From contig JAHQWJ010000062.1 of NCBI GenBank assembly GCA_029856125.1, positions 96,001 through 160,000 of the forward strand: a stretch of DNA of 64,000 bases. The letters are read 5' to 3'. Position 1 is the first letter of the stretch. Each line of letters opens with the position of its first letter. The notes under the pieces are model-generated. The model was not told the DNA's origin, searched no databases, and saw only the letters and a program-made list of their open reading frames with translations. The translations under genes were made by a program, and so were the position numbers. Shown here piece by piece: positions 29,517-38,950 of the stretch. Origin of the DNA: Promethearchaeia archaeon. GTDB lineage: Archaea; Asgardarchaeota; Lokiarchaeia; Sigyniarchaeales; SOKP01.

Positions 29517-32500
29517 ATGGTAGAAATGAGTAAAAAAGTGGAAGACTACTTTTCTCTGTTGCAAAGAGATGTTGATAGATGCTACGAAATTGCAGAAAAG
29601 GCACGCCAAAAAGGACTTGATCCCGAAATGTTTGTAGAATCTCCTCAAGCGAAAGATTTAGCTGGAAGAGTAGAAAAACTTGTAGGACCAAAGGGCGTCG
29701 CGGATGTGATAAGAGTTTTAAAAAATCAAGGAAAAAACGATGATGAGATTGTGTTTCAAGTAGTTTCTGACATTCTCAACCAAAAAATCGTAAAAATTGA
29801 CTCTTTAGAGGAAAGGGTTGAAAGGGCTATCCGGGTAGGTCTTGCTATAAAAACTATGGGTGTCGTTAGTGCCCCTCTTGAAGGCATATCAAAAATATTA
29901 ATACGAGAAGATCGGCACAACAATAAATATTTATCTTTATATTTTGCAGGTCCGATTAGGGCTGCTGGAGGTACAACAGCCGCTTTATGCGTTCTGATTG
30001 CGGATTATGTTAGGAAACGATCAAATATTCCAAAATATGAAGCAACTGAGGGTGAGATAGGAAGATTCGTTGAAGAAGTAAAATTATACGATCGGAGAGT
30101 TCACTTGCAATATCCCTCATCTAACGATGAAATTCGATACGCCGTAGAACATCTACCTGTTGAGATAAACGGAGACTCTACTGAAGACGAAGAAGTATCA
30201 GCGTTTAGGGAATTACCTAGAATCAAAACGAATAAAATTCGAGGAGGTGCTTGTTTAGTATTAAACGATGGGATATTGCTTAAAGCTCCAAAACTTCTTA
30301 AGATTGCTCAAAATATGAAATTAGAAGGTTGGGATTGGCTAGGAAAACTAAAAGATATCGCACAAAAGGAAGAGAAAGAAAACAAAAGGGATGGTTTAGA
30401 GAGCAAGTCTACTAATAAAATCATACCTAACTCTAAATATGTTTCTGATATTATCGCTGGTAGGCCGGTTTTTAGCCATCCTTCCAAAATTGGTGGACAC
30501 AGAATGCGTTATGGAAGATCACGTAATACCGGATTAGCTGCGGCAGGATTGCATCCTGCAACTATGACTATTTTGGACAGTTTTATAGCAATTGGAACAC
30601 AATTGAGAATTGAAAGACCTGGAAAAAGCACAAGTATTTGTCCTGTGGACTCGATAGAACCACCGATAGTAAAACTCAAAAATGGGAGCGTAGTAAGGGT
30701 TTCGAGCGCAAAAAAAGGAAAAGAACTCTTTCCAGACATCAAAGAAATTCTTTTTCTGGGAGATATTCTCTTTGGATTTGGGGAGTTTTCTGAAAATAAC
30801 CACAAACTGGTCCCATCTGGGTATGTTGAAGAATGGTGGGCTTTAGAGTTAGAGGAAGCATTAAAAACAGAACTAGGATCAAACAACGAATCACATAAAT
30901 TTATCGAGGATCCCTTTAATAACATTCCCTCGGCAAAGGAAGCTATCAATTTAGCAAAAAAATTTGCTGTACCCTTGCATCCTAAATACACCGATTATTG
31001 GGGAAACATTTCCGTAAGTGATTTAAGTACTTTAAGAGAAGCTTTGACTACTGGCTTTGATGATAAGACTAAGAAAATAAATTTAAAAAATAGAACTTCT
31101 ATAAAAGAAATTCTAGAAAGAGCTTTTATTCCTCATATAGTTGATGAAAATTGCTTAATTCTTGATGATGCAACAGTAGAAATATACGAAACTATATTCA
31201 ATTTAAACCATAAGGAATTTATTGATATGAAAAAAGAAGACAATGTCTTCGATTATTTTTCGAGCATTTCTCCCATCAAAATTAGAAATAAAGCTCCTTA
31301 TTTTATGGGAACTCGCATGGGACGCCCTGAGAAGTCTGAAAGAAAAAGCATGAAAGGCGTTCAAAGCTTATTTCCTCTCAGTGTAAAAGTTGGGAATACA
31401 AGATTGGTACGGAAGGCGATTGAGCTGGGAAGAATAAAAATTGATATATGTAGAAAAAAATGTCCGAAATGTTCCTCAATTACTCCATTTAACCTATGCC
31501 CTAAATGCGGATCTCATACTGAATTTCAGAAAATGTGCCTAAAATGTAATAAATATTACACTAAAAACGAAAATAAGTGCCAGCAATGCGGAGGTTTATT
31601 AGCCTTCTCTAAGGAAGCTTCTTTTAATATACAAAACTATTCAAAAACAATACTCAGCTCATTAAATATGTCTCTCCCGGACAAATTTAAAGGAATTCTA
31701 GGATTGACAAATAAATTTAAAGTACCAGAACCGCTACTGAAGGGAATTCTTAGAGCCAAAAATGGGTTATTGGTGTATAAAACCGCAGAAATTCGATACG
31801 ACGCTACAGATATTCCATTAACTCATTTCAAACCTAAAGAAATTGCCACACCTGTGAGTAGGTTAATTGAATTGGGATATGAATTTGACTATAAAACTAA
31901 CGAATTAAATAACGAAAATCAGATCTTAGAGCTTCAAGTACAGGATGTCATCCTTTCAGACGATTGTGCTAAGTACTTTATAAAACTTGCTAACTTTATA
32001 GACGACGAATTAGAATTGTTTTATAATCTAGACAAATTTTACAGTATCACTAAGAGAGAAGATTTAATTGGTCATTTAGTTGTAGGACTTGCTCCTCATA
32101 CAAGCGCGGGAATTATAGGTAGAATCATTGGTTTTTCGCCCGCACGATCGATTTACGCCCACCCCTTTTGGCACGCAGCGAAACGTAGAAACTGCGATGG
32201 AGATGAAGATGGAATTATGCTTCTTTTAGATCCACTTTTAAATTTCTCGAGGTATTATTTACCAAACAAAATAGGAGGTAGAATGGACGCTACCTTAGTG
32301 ATATCCTCTTTATTAGACCCTAATGAAATCGATAGTGAAGCTCATAATATCGACACATTGTTTAAGTATCCCCTCGAGTTTTATGAGGCAACACAGGAAT
32401 ATTTTATGCCATTTGAGATAGAAAAGAAAATGGGTTTAGTGAAAAACCGGTTAGGAACATCAGCGCAATACGAAAACCTGGGTTTCAACATACCAACTAA

Positions 32501-32951
32501 CGATATTAACAACGGTCCTATAACTACAGCATATAAGACCTATGCAAGTATGGAAGATAAAATAGATGCGCAACTGCACCTAGCTAAAATTATAAAAGCC
32601 GTCAACGATAAAAAGGTTGCTGAGAAGATTTTGACAACACACTTTAATCCCGATATAATGGGAAACCTAAGAAAATATGCTTTACAGACTTTCAGGTGCG
32701 TGAAATGTAACGAGAAATATAGACGCCCACCTCTCTCTAATGCGGGAAAATGTACAAAATGTGGAGGTAATGTTATATTGACCGTTAATCGCGGTGGAAT
32801 TGAAAAATATATTCCCAAAGCTTTAAAACTTAGCAGAGATTTTGATTTGGACGATTATACTATACAACGGATGGAACTAATAAAAGAATATGTTGAAAGT
32901 CTAACAAATAATCCCAAGATTAAGCAACAAAAGCTAGCCGACTTTTTTTAA
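29517..32951 (+). CDS. polC: DNA polymerase D large subunit DP2
   Basis: YFAGPIRAAGGT, RYGRSRNTG, RMGRPEK, GLAPHTS, HAAKRRNCDGDED, Zn fingers, C-terminal PIP box QQKLADFF; no intein. Confidence 0.97.
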   Translation: MVEMSKKVEDYFSLLQRDVDRCYEIAEKARQKGLDPEMFVESPQAKDLAGRVEKLVGPKGVADVIRVLKNQGKNDDEIVFQVVSDILNQKIVKIDSLEERVERAIRVGLAIKTMGVVSAPLEGISKILIREDRHNNKYLSLYFAGPIRAAGGTTAALCVLIADYVRKRSNIPKYEATEGEIGRFVEEVKLYDRRVHLQYPSSNDEIRYAVEHLPVEINGDSTEDEEVSAFRELPRIKTNKIRGGACLVLNDGILLKAPKLLKIAQNMKLEGWDWLGKLKDIAQKEEKENKRDGLESKSTNKIIPNSKYVSDIIAGRPVFSHPSKIGGHRMRYGRSRNTGLAAAGLHPATMTILDSFIAIGTQLRIERPGKSTSICPVDSIEPPIVKLKNGSVVRVSSAKKGKELFPDIKEILFLGDILFGFGEFSENNHKLVPSGYVEEWWALELEEALKTELGSNNESHKFIEDPFNNIPSAKEAINLAKKFAVPLHPKYTDYWGNISVSDLSTLREALTTGFDDKTKKINLKNRTSIKEILERAFIPHIVDENCLILDDATVEIYETIFNLNHKEFIDMKKEDNVFDYFSSISPIKIRNKAPYFMGTRMGRPEKSERKSMKGVQSLFPLSVKVGNTRLVRKAIELGRIKIDICRKKCPKCSSITPFNLCPKCGSHTEFQKMCLKCNKYYTKNENKCQQCGGLLAFSKEASFNIQNYSKTILSSLNMSLPDKFKGILGLTNKFKVPEPLLKGILRAKNGLLVYKTAEIRYDATDIPLTHFKPKEIATPVSRLIELGYEFDYKTNELNNENQILELQVQDVILSDDCAKYFIKLANFIDDELELFYNLDKFYSITKREDLIGHLVVGLAPHTSAGIIGRIIGFSPARSIYAHPFWHAAKRRNCDGDEDGIMLLLDPLLNFSRYYLPNKIGGRMDATLVISSLLDPNEIDSEAHNIDTLFKYPLEFYEATQEYFMPFEIEKKMGLVKNRLGTSAQYENLGFNIPTNDINNGPITTAYKTYASMEDKIDAQLHLAKIIKAVNDKKVAEKILTTHFNPDIMGNLRKYALQTFRCVKCNEKYRRPPLSNAGKCTKCGGNVILTVNRGGIEKYIPKALKLSRDFDLDDYTIQRMELIKEYVESLTNNPKIKQQKLADFF

Positions 32952-33086
32952 GAATTTGGTATCGTGACAAATATCTAAACAGCCGTTCAAATTTACACTT
33001 TTTACTTTCTGAAATTATCTTAAAACTAAGTCTATAATTAAACTAAAAAATCTTTTTTTTTTAATTACTCTTATAATTAATATTGA

Positions 33087-33171
33087 TGCAGGAGGAGGGA
33101 TTCGAACCCTCGAACTCCTATGAGACTAGAGCCTCGGTCTAGCACCGTTGACCAGGCTTGGCAACTCCTGC
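33087..33171 (-). tRNA. tRNA-Leu(GAG)
   Basis: GCAGGAG acceptor stem, long variable arm, TTCGAAT T loop, anticodon arm CTAGA-CCGAGGC-TCTAG, A discriminator. Confidence 0.92.
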
Positions 33172-33319
33172 TTGATATTACGAGTAAAAAATGTTTTAAT
33201 TCTTTAAAGATTAAACTACAAATAAAACTTATTTTAATCGAATTAAATTAATGAAAAGTTAAAAATTTTATTTGTTTAGATTCTTTTATCATTTAAGTAT
33301 TATTTTAGAACTGATTTAT

Positions 33320-34117
33320 ATGTTTAAGTACGAAAAAATTAAAGTTGAGTTAAACGAATCCAATGGGATCGTAACCCTTTATTTTAACAGACCAAAATCA
33401 AGAAATGCTTTTAATTTTAACCTAGTAAGTGAATTCTGCTTAGCTATGAATGATTTGAAATCTTTAAAATCGTTAAAATGCCTTATTATCACGGGAATGG
33501 GGAAAATTTTTTCCGTAGGGGGCGATATAAAAGAATTTAAAGAAGCTAAAGACCCCCAAGAGTATATGGGTAAACTAGCAGATAAACTCCACGAAGGAAT
33601 AAAATTATTGAAGGATTTGCGAGTGCCGTCTTTAGCGGCGATAAATGGTCCATGTTTTGGTGCGTCTCTTGGATACGCTTGTAGTTGTGATATAAGAATC
33701 TGCCGCGATAGTGCAAATTTTGGAGCTGCCTTCGCAGGGATTGGATTGTCACCTGATTCTTCAACATCTTATTACTTGCCAAAATTAGTAGGGTTATCCC
33801 TTGCAACAGAAATGATTCTCTTAAATCGAACAATAACAGCAAAGGAAGCTAAGAATTTTGGGTTGGTATCGATGACTATTTCAGATGAAAAAGATTTCTT
33901 AAGTGAAGTAAAGAAAATTGCGTTAAAAGTAAGCCAAGGTCCTACAATCGCTTATCAAAATATAAAAGATCTTTTAAATAATTCCTACAAAAACGATCTT
34001 ATATCGCATTTAGAAAATGAATCTGAAAAAATAAAAATTTGTGCTGGGACTAAAGATTTTCAAGAAGGCATTAATGCGTTCTTAGAGAAGAGAAAACCAA
34101 TTTTTAAGGGTGAGTGA
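33320..34117 (+). CDS. Enoyl-CoA hydratase/isomerase family protein
   Basis: NRPKSRNA, FSVGGDI, AAING, IGLSPD, EGINAFLEKRKP.F.G. Confidence 0.9.
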   Translation: MFKYEKIKVELNESNGIVTLYFNRPKSRNAFNFNLVSEFCLAMNDLKSLKSLKCLIITGMGKIFSVGGDIKEFKEAKDPQEYMGKLADKLHEGIKLLKDLRVPSLAAINGPCFGASLGYACSCDIRICRDSANFGAAFAGIGLSPDSSTSYYLPKLVGLSLATEMILLNRTITAKEAKNFGLVSMTISDEKDFLSEVKKIALKVSQGPTIAYQNIKDLLNNSYKNDLISHLENESEKIKICAGTKDFQEGINAFLEKRKPIFKGE

Positions 34118-34258
34118 CCTTCCCGGCGTTTAATTGTTGATGCAATCGTCTAACTAGTTACTTCCTACTTTTTTATATTAAATAAATTTTTATGCAAGAA
34201 TATTTACATATTAATATCATAGTGCTATTTAATTCCTAAAAAAAGATGTTATAAGAGA

Positions 34259-35275
34259 TTGTCGGTCGATACAAAAAAATTAGCAGCGTTATTAGAGTGG
34301 TACAAGCAAAGTCTGGGTGACAATTTAGTTGCTGCCCTTGTAGTAAATAGAGACGGATTGATCATGGATTCTTTAGTAGGGGATTTGGAAAAATCGCTTA
34401 GCGAAGAAATAATTAGTGGATTAAGTGCTTTAGTAGAACCAGTTTTAACTAGAATTACGGAAGAATTTAGTTCAGGATCCTTTGGAACGGGAACCTTCGA
34501 TACAGAAGATTATAGGTTCATATTTTGCGAATCTGGGCCAGAAGCAGTTTTAGTTACTGTTCTGGAGGCTATAGCAGGTGTTGATTCTGTTTTCCCTTAT
34601 GCTTATTTAGCTGCTGAAAAGATCGCGAGGATTTTTGACGGTAGAACTGTAAGCCCCGTAATACCTAAATTAGTTGCAGACAGTGGTGCTAACAATGTTC
34701 AGCGAAAACTGGAAAAACTTCAAAAGGTTAATATCAAATCGGGAGAATATGCCTTTAAGTTAATTCTAGGAGGTGACGGAGCAGTAGGTAAAACGAGTAT
34801 GGTGCATAGGTATGTTGAAAATAAGTTTGAGACCGATTATAAATCTACTATTGGGACTTCTATTATGAAGAAGGAATGTACGTTTAAAGAACTTAAAAGC
34901 AAGGTAAGGTTTGTAATATGGGATTTAGCAGGTCAAGCTCAGTTTAAACGCGTTAGACAGTCGTATTTAGCTAACGCCGAAGCGGGTCTTCTAGTCTACG
35001 ACGTAACTAATCGATCTAGTTTCGAAAATATTGATAAAAATTGGTACCGTGAGATTAAAAAAGCGTCCCCTAATATTGTACTCATTTTAGTGGGAAATAA
35101 AATAGACCTAGAGTCTAATAGAGTAGTGTCTCGCGACGAAGGAGAGACATTAGCACAAAAATTGACATTGACTTATGTCGAAACCTCTGCTAAAACAGGA
35201 GAAAATGTAAATGATGCCTTCAAAATGCTTGCTTTACAAATAATTAAAAAATTTATTGAAACTCAAGACTTTTAA
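34259..35275 (+). CDS. Roadblock/LC7 domain fused to Rab-like small GTPase
   Basis: N-terminal AALVVNRDGL roadblock pattern; GDGAVGKT, WDLAGQ, NKID, ETSAK. Confidence 0.88.
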   Translation: MSVDTKKLAALLEWYKQSLGDNLVAALVVNRDGLIMDSLVGDLEKSLSEEIISGLSALVEPVLTRITEEFSSGSFGTGTFDTEDYRFIFCESGPEAVLVTVLEAIAGVDSVFPYAYLAAEKIARIFDGRTVSPVIPKLVADSGANNVQRKLEKLQKVNIKSGEYAFKLILGGDGAVGKTSMVHRYVENKFETDYKSTIGTSIMKKECTFKELKSKVRFVIWDLAGQAQFKRVRQSYLANAEAGLLVYDVTNRSSFENIDKNWYREIKKASPNIVLILVGNKIDLESNRVVSRDEGETLAQKLTLTYVETSAKTGENVNDAFKMLALQIIKKFIETQDF

Positions 35276-35279
35276 GAAG

Positions 35280-35369
35280 AGCCTTTGGGGGGAGTTGAAC
35301 CCCCGATCTACTGATGATTCGAATCGAACATTTTACGAATCAGTTGCTCTACGACTAAGCCACAAAGGC
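35280..35369 (-). tRNA. tRNA-Thr(CGT) with 18-nt intron at 37/38 (35316..35333)
   Basis: GCCTTTG acceptor stem, ACTGA-TTCGTA|A-TCAGT anticodon arm, TTCG/CGAA central helix with 3-nt bulge, U73. Confidence 0.9.
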
Positions 35370-35421
35370 AAACGAATTATTATAAAAATTATAAATTTTA
35401 GAAAACTATAAAATTTTACTA

Positions 35422-36438
35422 ATGAAACAAAACGAAATTATTAGTTTTTACGGTGAATCTAGACTAATAGATTTGATAGATGAGGTAATTTATGGCAAAA
35501 CAGGCAAAAGGTTACGAAGAGACGATTCTTTTTTTTTTAAATATAAATACGAAAAAGAAGGAAAATGTCTTGTTCTTAACTCAGACATGTTTAACGCTAC
35601 AACTGATGCTCCAAAACAAATGAATTTCTATCAAATGGGACTTAAGTCTGTTCTCATGAATCTTAGCGACCTCGTCGTTAAGGGTGTAAAACCAGAAGGT
35701 ATAATAGTTTCGTTAGGGCTTCCTAATGATTTACCGATAGTAAGTTTTAAACGATTAATAGAGGGTATTGTCGACTACTCGAAAAAATGGAATCTTAACT
35801 ATCTGGGTGGCGATCTTAACACTTCAAAAGAGATTATCATAAGTCCAACTGTGTTTGGTTTTAAAAATCCTAAGGAGATAATCTATCGGAAAGGTATAAA
35901 ACCAGGGGATGTGCTAGCAATAAACAACAAATTTGGTTTAACTGGTGTTGGTTTTGATATTCTCTTACACAAAGGTGCGAATGTTAAAGATTTCTCTAAA
36001 TATCGCGTGGCAATAAATAGTGTTTTGGAACCAAACGATTTGGGAAAAGAAGCGTATATATTGGCAAATAATAATTTAGCTACGGCTAGTATAGACTCTT
36101 CTGATGGCTTATCAAAAACTTTGAAAGACCTAACTTTATCTAATCCTAATTTGGGCTTTGAAATTGATTTCGATGATAATTTAATTCACGAAAAAGCTAT
36201 GGAATACTCAAAAGAATTTTCTATATCGTTAGAAAAATTGATTTTTGAAGGGGGAGAGGAATTCATTCATCTATTTGCAATTGAATCCAACGATTTTGTT
36301 AAAGCTCAAAGGTTAGTTAAATCTAAAGGAGGGAGGTTATTTAAAGTGGGAAAAGCAATTTCTGACGAGAATATCTATTTTTTAAAGAAGGGTAAAAGGT
36401 GTGTATTAAAAAATCAAGGCTATGAACATTTCAAGTAG
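35422..36438 (+). CDS. thiL: Thiamine-monophosphate kinase
   Basis: DDS, NLSDL..KG..P, GGDL, IDSSDGL, GGEEF. Confidence 0.88.
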   Translation: MKQNEIISFYGESRLIDLIDEVIYGKTGKRLRRDDSFFFKYKYEKEGKCLVLNSDMFNATTDAPKQMNFYQMGLKSVLMNLSDLVVKGVKPEGIIVSLGLPNDLPIVSFKRLIEGIVDYSKKWNLNYLGGDLNTSKEIIISPTVFGFKNPKEIIYRKGIKPGDVLAINNKFGLTGVGFDILLHKGANVKDFSKYRVAINSVLEPNDLGKEAYILANNNLATASIDSSDGLSKTLKDLTLSNPNLGFEIDFDDNLIHEKAMEYSKEFSISLEKLIFEGGEEFIHLFAIESNDFVKAQRLVKSKGGRLFKVGKAISDENIYFLKKGKRCVLKNQGYEHFK

Positions 36439-36585
36439 CTTAACATAGGGGAATCATTCACGGAAGGTACTACATAGATGATTACAGAAAAAGTTATAAA
36501 TTATTATAGATTTACTCTATTGCATTTTCTTTTAATAGCATTTTTTCAAGTTTTATATTTTATCTCGATGCTAGTCTTAAGAATT

Positions 36586-36689
36586 GGGCCATTAGCGCAG
36601 GCAGGTAGCGCAGCAGGCTTTTAACCTGAAGGTCGTGGGTTCGATATGTTTGTTCGTGTAGTACAAATGCGAAATTCCCACATGGCCCG
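36586..36689 (+). tRNA. tRNA-Lys(TTT) with 30-nt intron at T-loop position 59/60 (36646..36675)
   Basis: GGGCCAT/ATGGCCC acceptor stem, CAGG-CTTTTAA-CCTG, GTGGG-TTCGAT[intron]T-CCCAC with BHB. Confidence 0.92.
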
Positions 36690-36836
36690 CAATTCTCTAT
36701 AAATCCGTACTACAATAAAATTTAAATCAAAAATATGTGTTCGTTTTTCATTTTCTAGTTTGAATCCAACAATCGATAAACATTAATTTCACCAAGAATT
36801 ACTATTTGTAATATTATCCCTTTACAGTTAATCCGT

Positions 36837-37847
36837 ATGCAAAATTCAGAATTTAGATTACCTTCTGATGAATCAGAACAATTACTCGTAAAATCCCAAG
36901 ATGTTACTAATGAAGATTATGGATGTGAACCTTACAAAAGAAAGATAGAGGACTTATTAAAATATGGTGTTATAAATTTAGATAAACCAAGTGGTCCCAC
37001 AAGTCATGAAGTAGTTTCGTGGGCTCGTAAAATTATAGAAATTGATAACGCAGGACATGGGGGGACCTTAGATCCAAAAGTTACTGGAGTATTACCATGT
37101 GCACTTGGAAAAGCTACCAGGGTTCTATCGGCTTTATTGTATGCTGGGAAAGAATACGTAGGAGTTATGCTATTACATGGACCAGAAAATGTAAAAAAAA
37201 TTGAAAAAGCGTTCAAAATTTTTACGGGTAAAATTTATCAAACTCCTCCAATTAAATCCTCAGTTGTGAGAAGATTAAGAGTAAGAGAGATTTACTACTC
37301 GAAAGTCCTAGAAATAAATAATAACCACATCTTGTTTAAAGTTGGATGTGAAGCGGGTACGTACATTCGAAAACTTTGTTTTGATATCGGTGAAGCTTTA
37401 TGCTCGGGAGCTCATATGTTGGAGTTAAGGCGAACGAGGGTAGGTCATTTCAGAGAAGACGAGAGTTTAATAACTCTGCAAAATCTAAAAGATGCTTACA
37501 CCATTTACAGAAACGAAGATGACGATTCTTATTTAAGGAAAATAGTTTTTCCTATGGAGAAGATCGTATCACATATTCCCAAAATTTACGTAAGAGATAC
37601 TGCTGTTGATGCGTTATGCCACGGAGCAGACTTAGCTTCTGCTGGAGTGTGTTATATTGATGCGAGAATTCAACCTGACATGCAAATTGTCTATATGACA
37701 CTCAAAAAAGAATTAATAGGTTTTGGCACATCTAAAATGGAAGCCATGAAAATCTACAAAGCAAAATCAGGAATTATTGCTAATACGAATAAAATTTTTA
37801 TGGAACGAGGTGTCTATCCAAGGTGGAACGAAATTAAAACCAAATAG
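36837..37847 (+). CDS. cbf5: H/ACA pseudouridine synthase Cbf5
   Basis: DKPSGPTSH, GHGGTLDPKVTG, GTYIR, LRRTR, PUA domain; uninterrupted. Confidence 0.95.
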   Translation: MQNSEFRLPSDESEQLLVKSQDVTNEDYGCEPYKRKIEDLLKYGVINLDKPSGPTSHEVVSWARKIIEIDNAGHGGTLDPKVTGVLPCALGKATRVLSALLYAGKEYVGVMLLHGPENVKKIEKAFKIFTGKIYQTPPIKSSVVRRLRVREIYYSKVLEINNNHILFKVGCEAGTYIRKLCFDIGEALCSGAHMLELRRTRVGHFREDESLITLQNLKDAYTIYRNEDDDSYLRKIVFPMEKIVSHIPKIYVRDTAVDALCHGADLASAGVCYIDARIQPDMQIVYMTLKKELIGFGTSKMEAMKIYKAKSGIIANTNKIFMERGVYPRWNEIKTK

Positions 37848-37863
37848 GAAAAGATTGACGGCC

Positions 37864-38502
37864 ATGGAGAGAAAAAACCAACATTATTCGTCACAATTTC
37901 CTGATGTTAGAGTTAAAGTCTTTACAGTTCCAGTTAGCTTATGTCGCCATTTGTACTTATTTAAAACAATTACGGGGATTTTTTCCTACAAAAAATTGGA
38001 CTTGGGTACAAAAGTGTTTATTGAACATATGACTATCCCTAAAAAAGGGGGTAACTTACTTGATTTAGGATGTGGTTATGGGGCTATAGGAATAGTTCTA
38101 GCGTACTTGAGTCCGCAAAGCTCTGTTTATTTAATTGATACAAATAAAAGAGCACTCTGGTGCACTAAGGAGAACATAAAATATAATGTATCCGAAAGAT
38201 CAGGTAAAGTAATAGTTTTGCATGGTAGTTATTTTAAACCTTTACAAGACAAAAACATCAAATTTGACGCCATCTATATGAACCCTCCACTAAGAAATGG
38301 CAGAAAAGAATTTCTTGCATTGTGCAAAGATATACCATTGTTTCTGAAAAGAAATGGACAATTTCAATTTGTAATAAAAAAAAAATTGGGAGCAAATTAT
38401 ATTTACAATTATTTAATCCAAAATCTTTCAGATTTATATGAAAATATAAGCGTGACTTTTAAAAGATCTGGATATTGGATTTTCAGTTTAGTGTCAATTT
38501 AG
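37864..38502 (+). CDS. Class I SAM methyltransferase (RsmC/MTS-like)
   Basis: GIFS..LDLGT, LDLGCGYG, NPP, GYW. Confidence 0.85.
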   Translation: MERKNQHYSSQFPDVRVKVFTVPVSLCRHLYLFKTITGIFSYKKLDLGTKVFIEHMTIPKKGGNLLDLGCGYGAIGIVLAYLSPQSSVYLIDTNKRALWCTKENIKYNVSERSGKVIVLHGSYFKPLQDKNIKFDAIYMNPPLRNGRKEFLALCKDIPLFLKRNGQFQFVIKKKLGANYIYNYLIQNLSDLYENISVTFKRSGYWIFSLVSI

Positions 38503-38647
38503 ACGAAGTATTGAAATTTTCATCTTTAAAAACACCGATATCACGGTTAGCATTTGTAAAAATTTAAGAGAATAATAGTAAAAATAGAAAAATTTTTTAG
38601 AAATAGAATATTTTTTGAAACAATTCGCGAGGAAAGAGGATTTTTTT

Positions 38648-38905
38648 TTGACAAAGAAAAGAAAAATAGATGTTCTGCTTCATGAACTAGTTCCAAAACA
38701 TTACCTTTTAACGAAAGAAGAATCACAGAATTTATTAGAAAAATACCAAATCACTATGTCTGATTTACCCCAAATGTTTGATAACGACCCGGTTTCAATG
38801 GCAATTGGCGCAAAAGAAGGGGACATCATAAAGATTGTTAGAGATTCTCATACAACAGTAAAAAAGATAAATTATTATCGATATGTCAGGAAAGAAAAAG
38901 TTTAA
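38648..38905 (+). CDS. rpoH: RNA polymerase subunit H (Rpo5)
   Basis: HELVPKH, LP....DP, GDIIKI.R.S.T, YYRYV; TTG start after GAGGA. Confidence 0.93.
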   Translation: MTKKRKIDVLLHELVPKHYLLTKEESQNLLEKYQITMSDLPQMFDNDPVSMAIGAKEGDIIKIVRDSHTTVKKINYYRYVRKEKV

Positions 38906-38950
38906 AAAAACTTTTTATTTAAAACTAATATTTTAACAGGTTAATCAAAA

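Noticed and set aside
21704-32951. Inteins in RtcB, Cdc6 or DP2
   Set aside because: Lengths are normal and the conserved motifs are contiguous.
36837-37847. Crenarchaeal-type intron in cbf5
   Set aside because: The frame is continuous, with no insertion around GHGGTLD.
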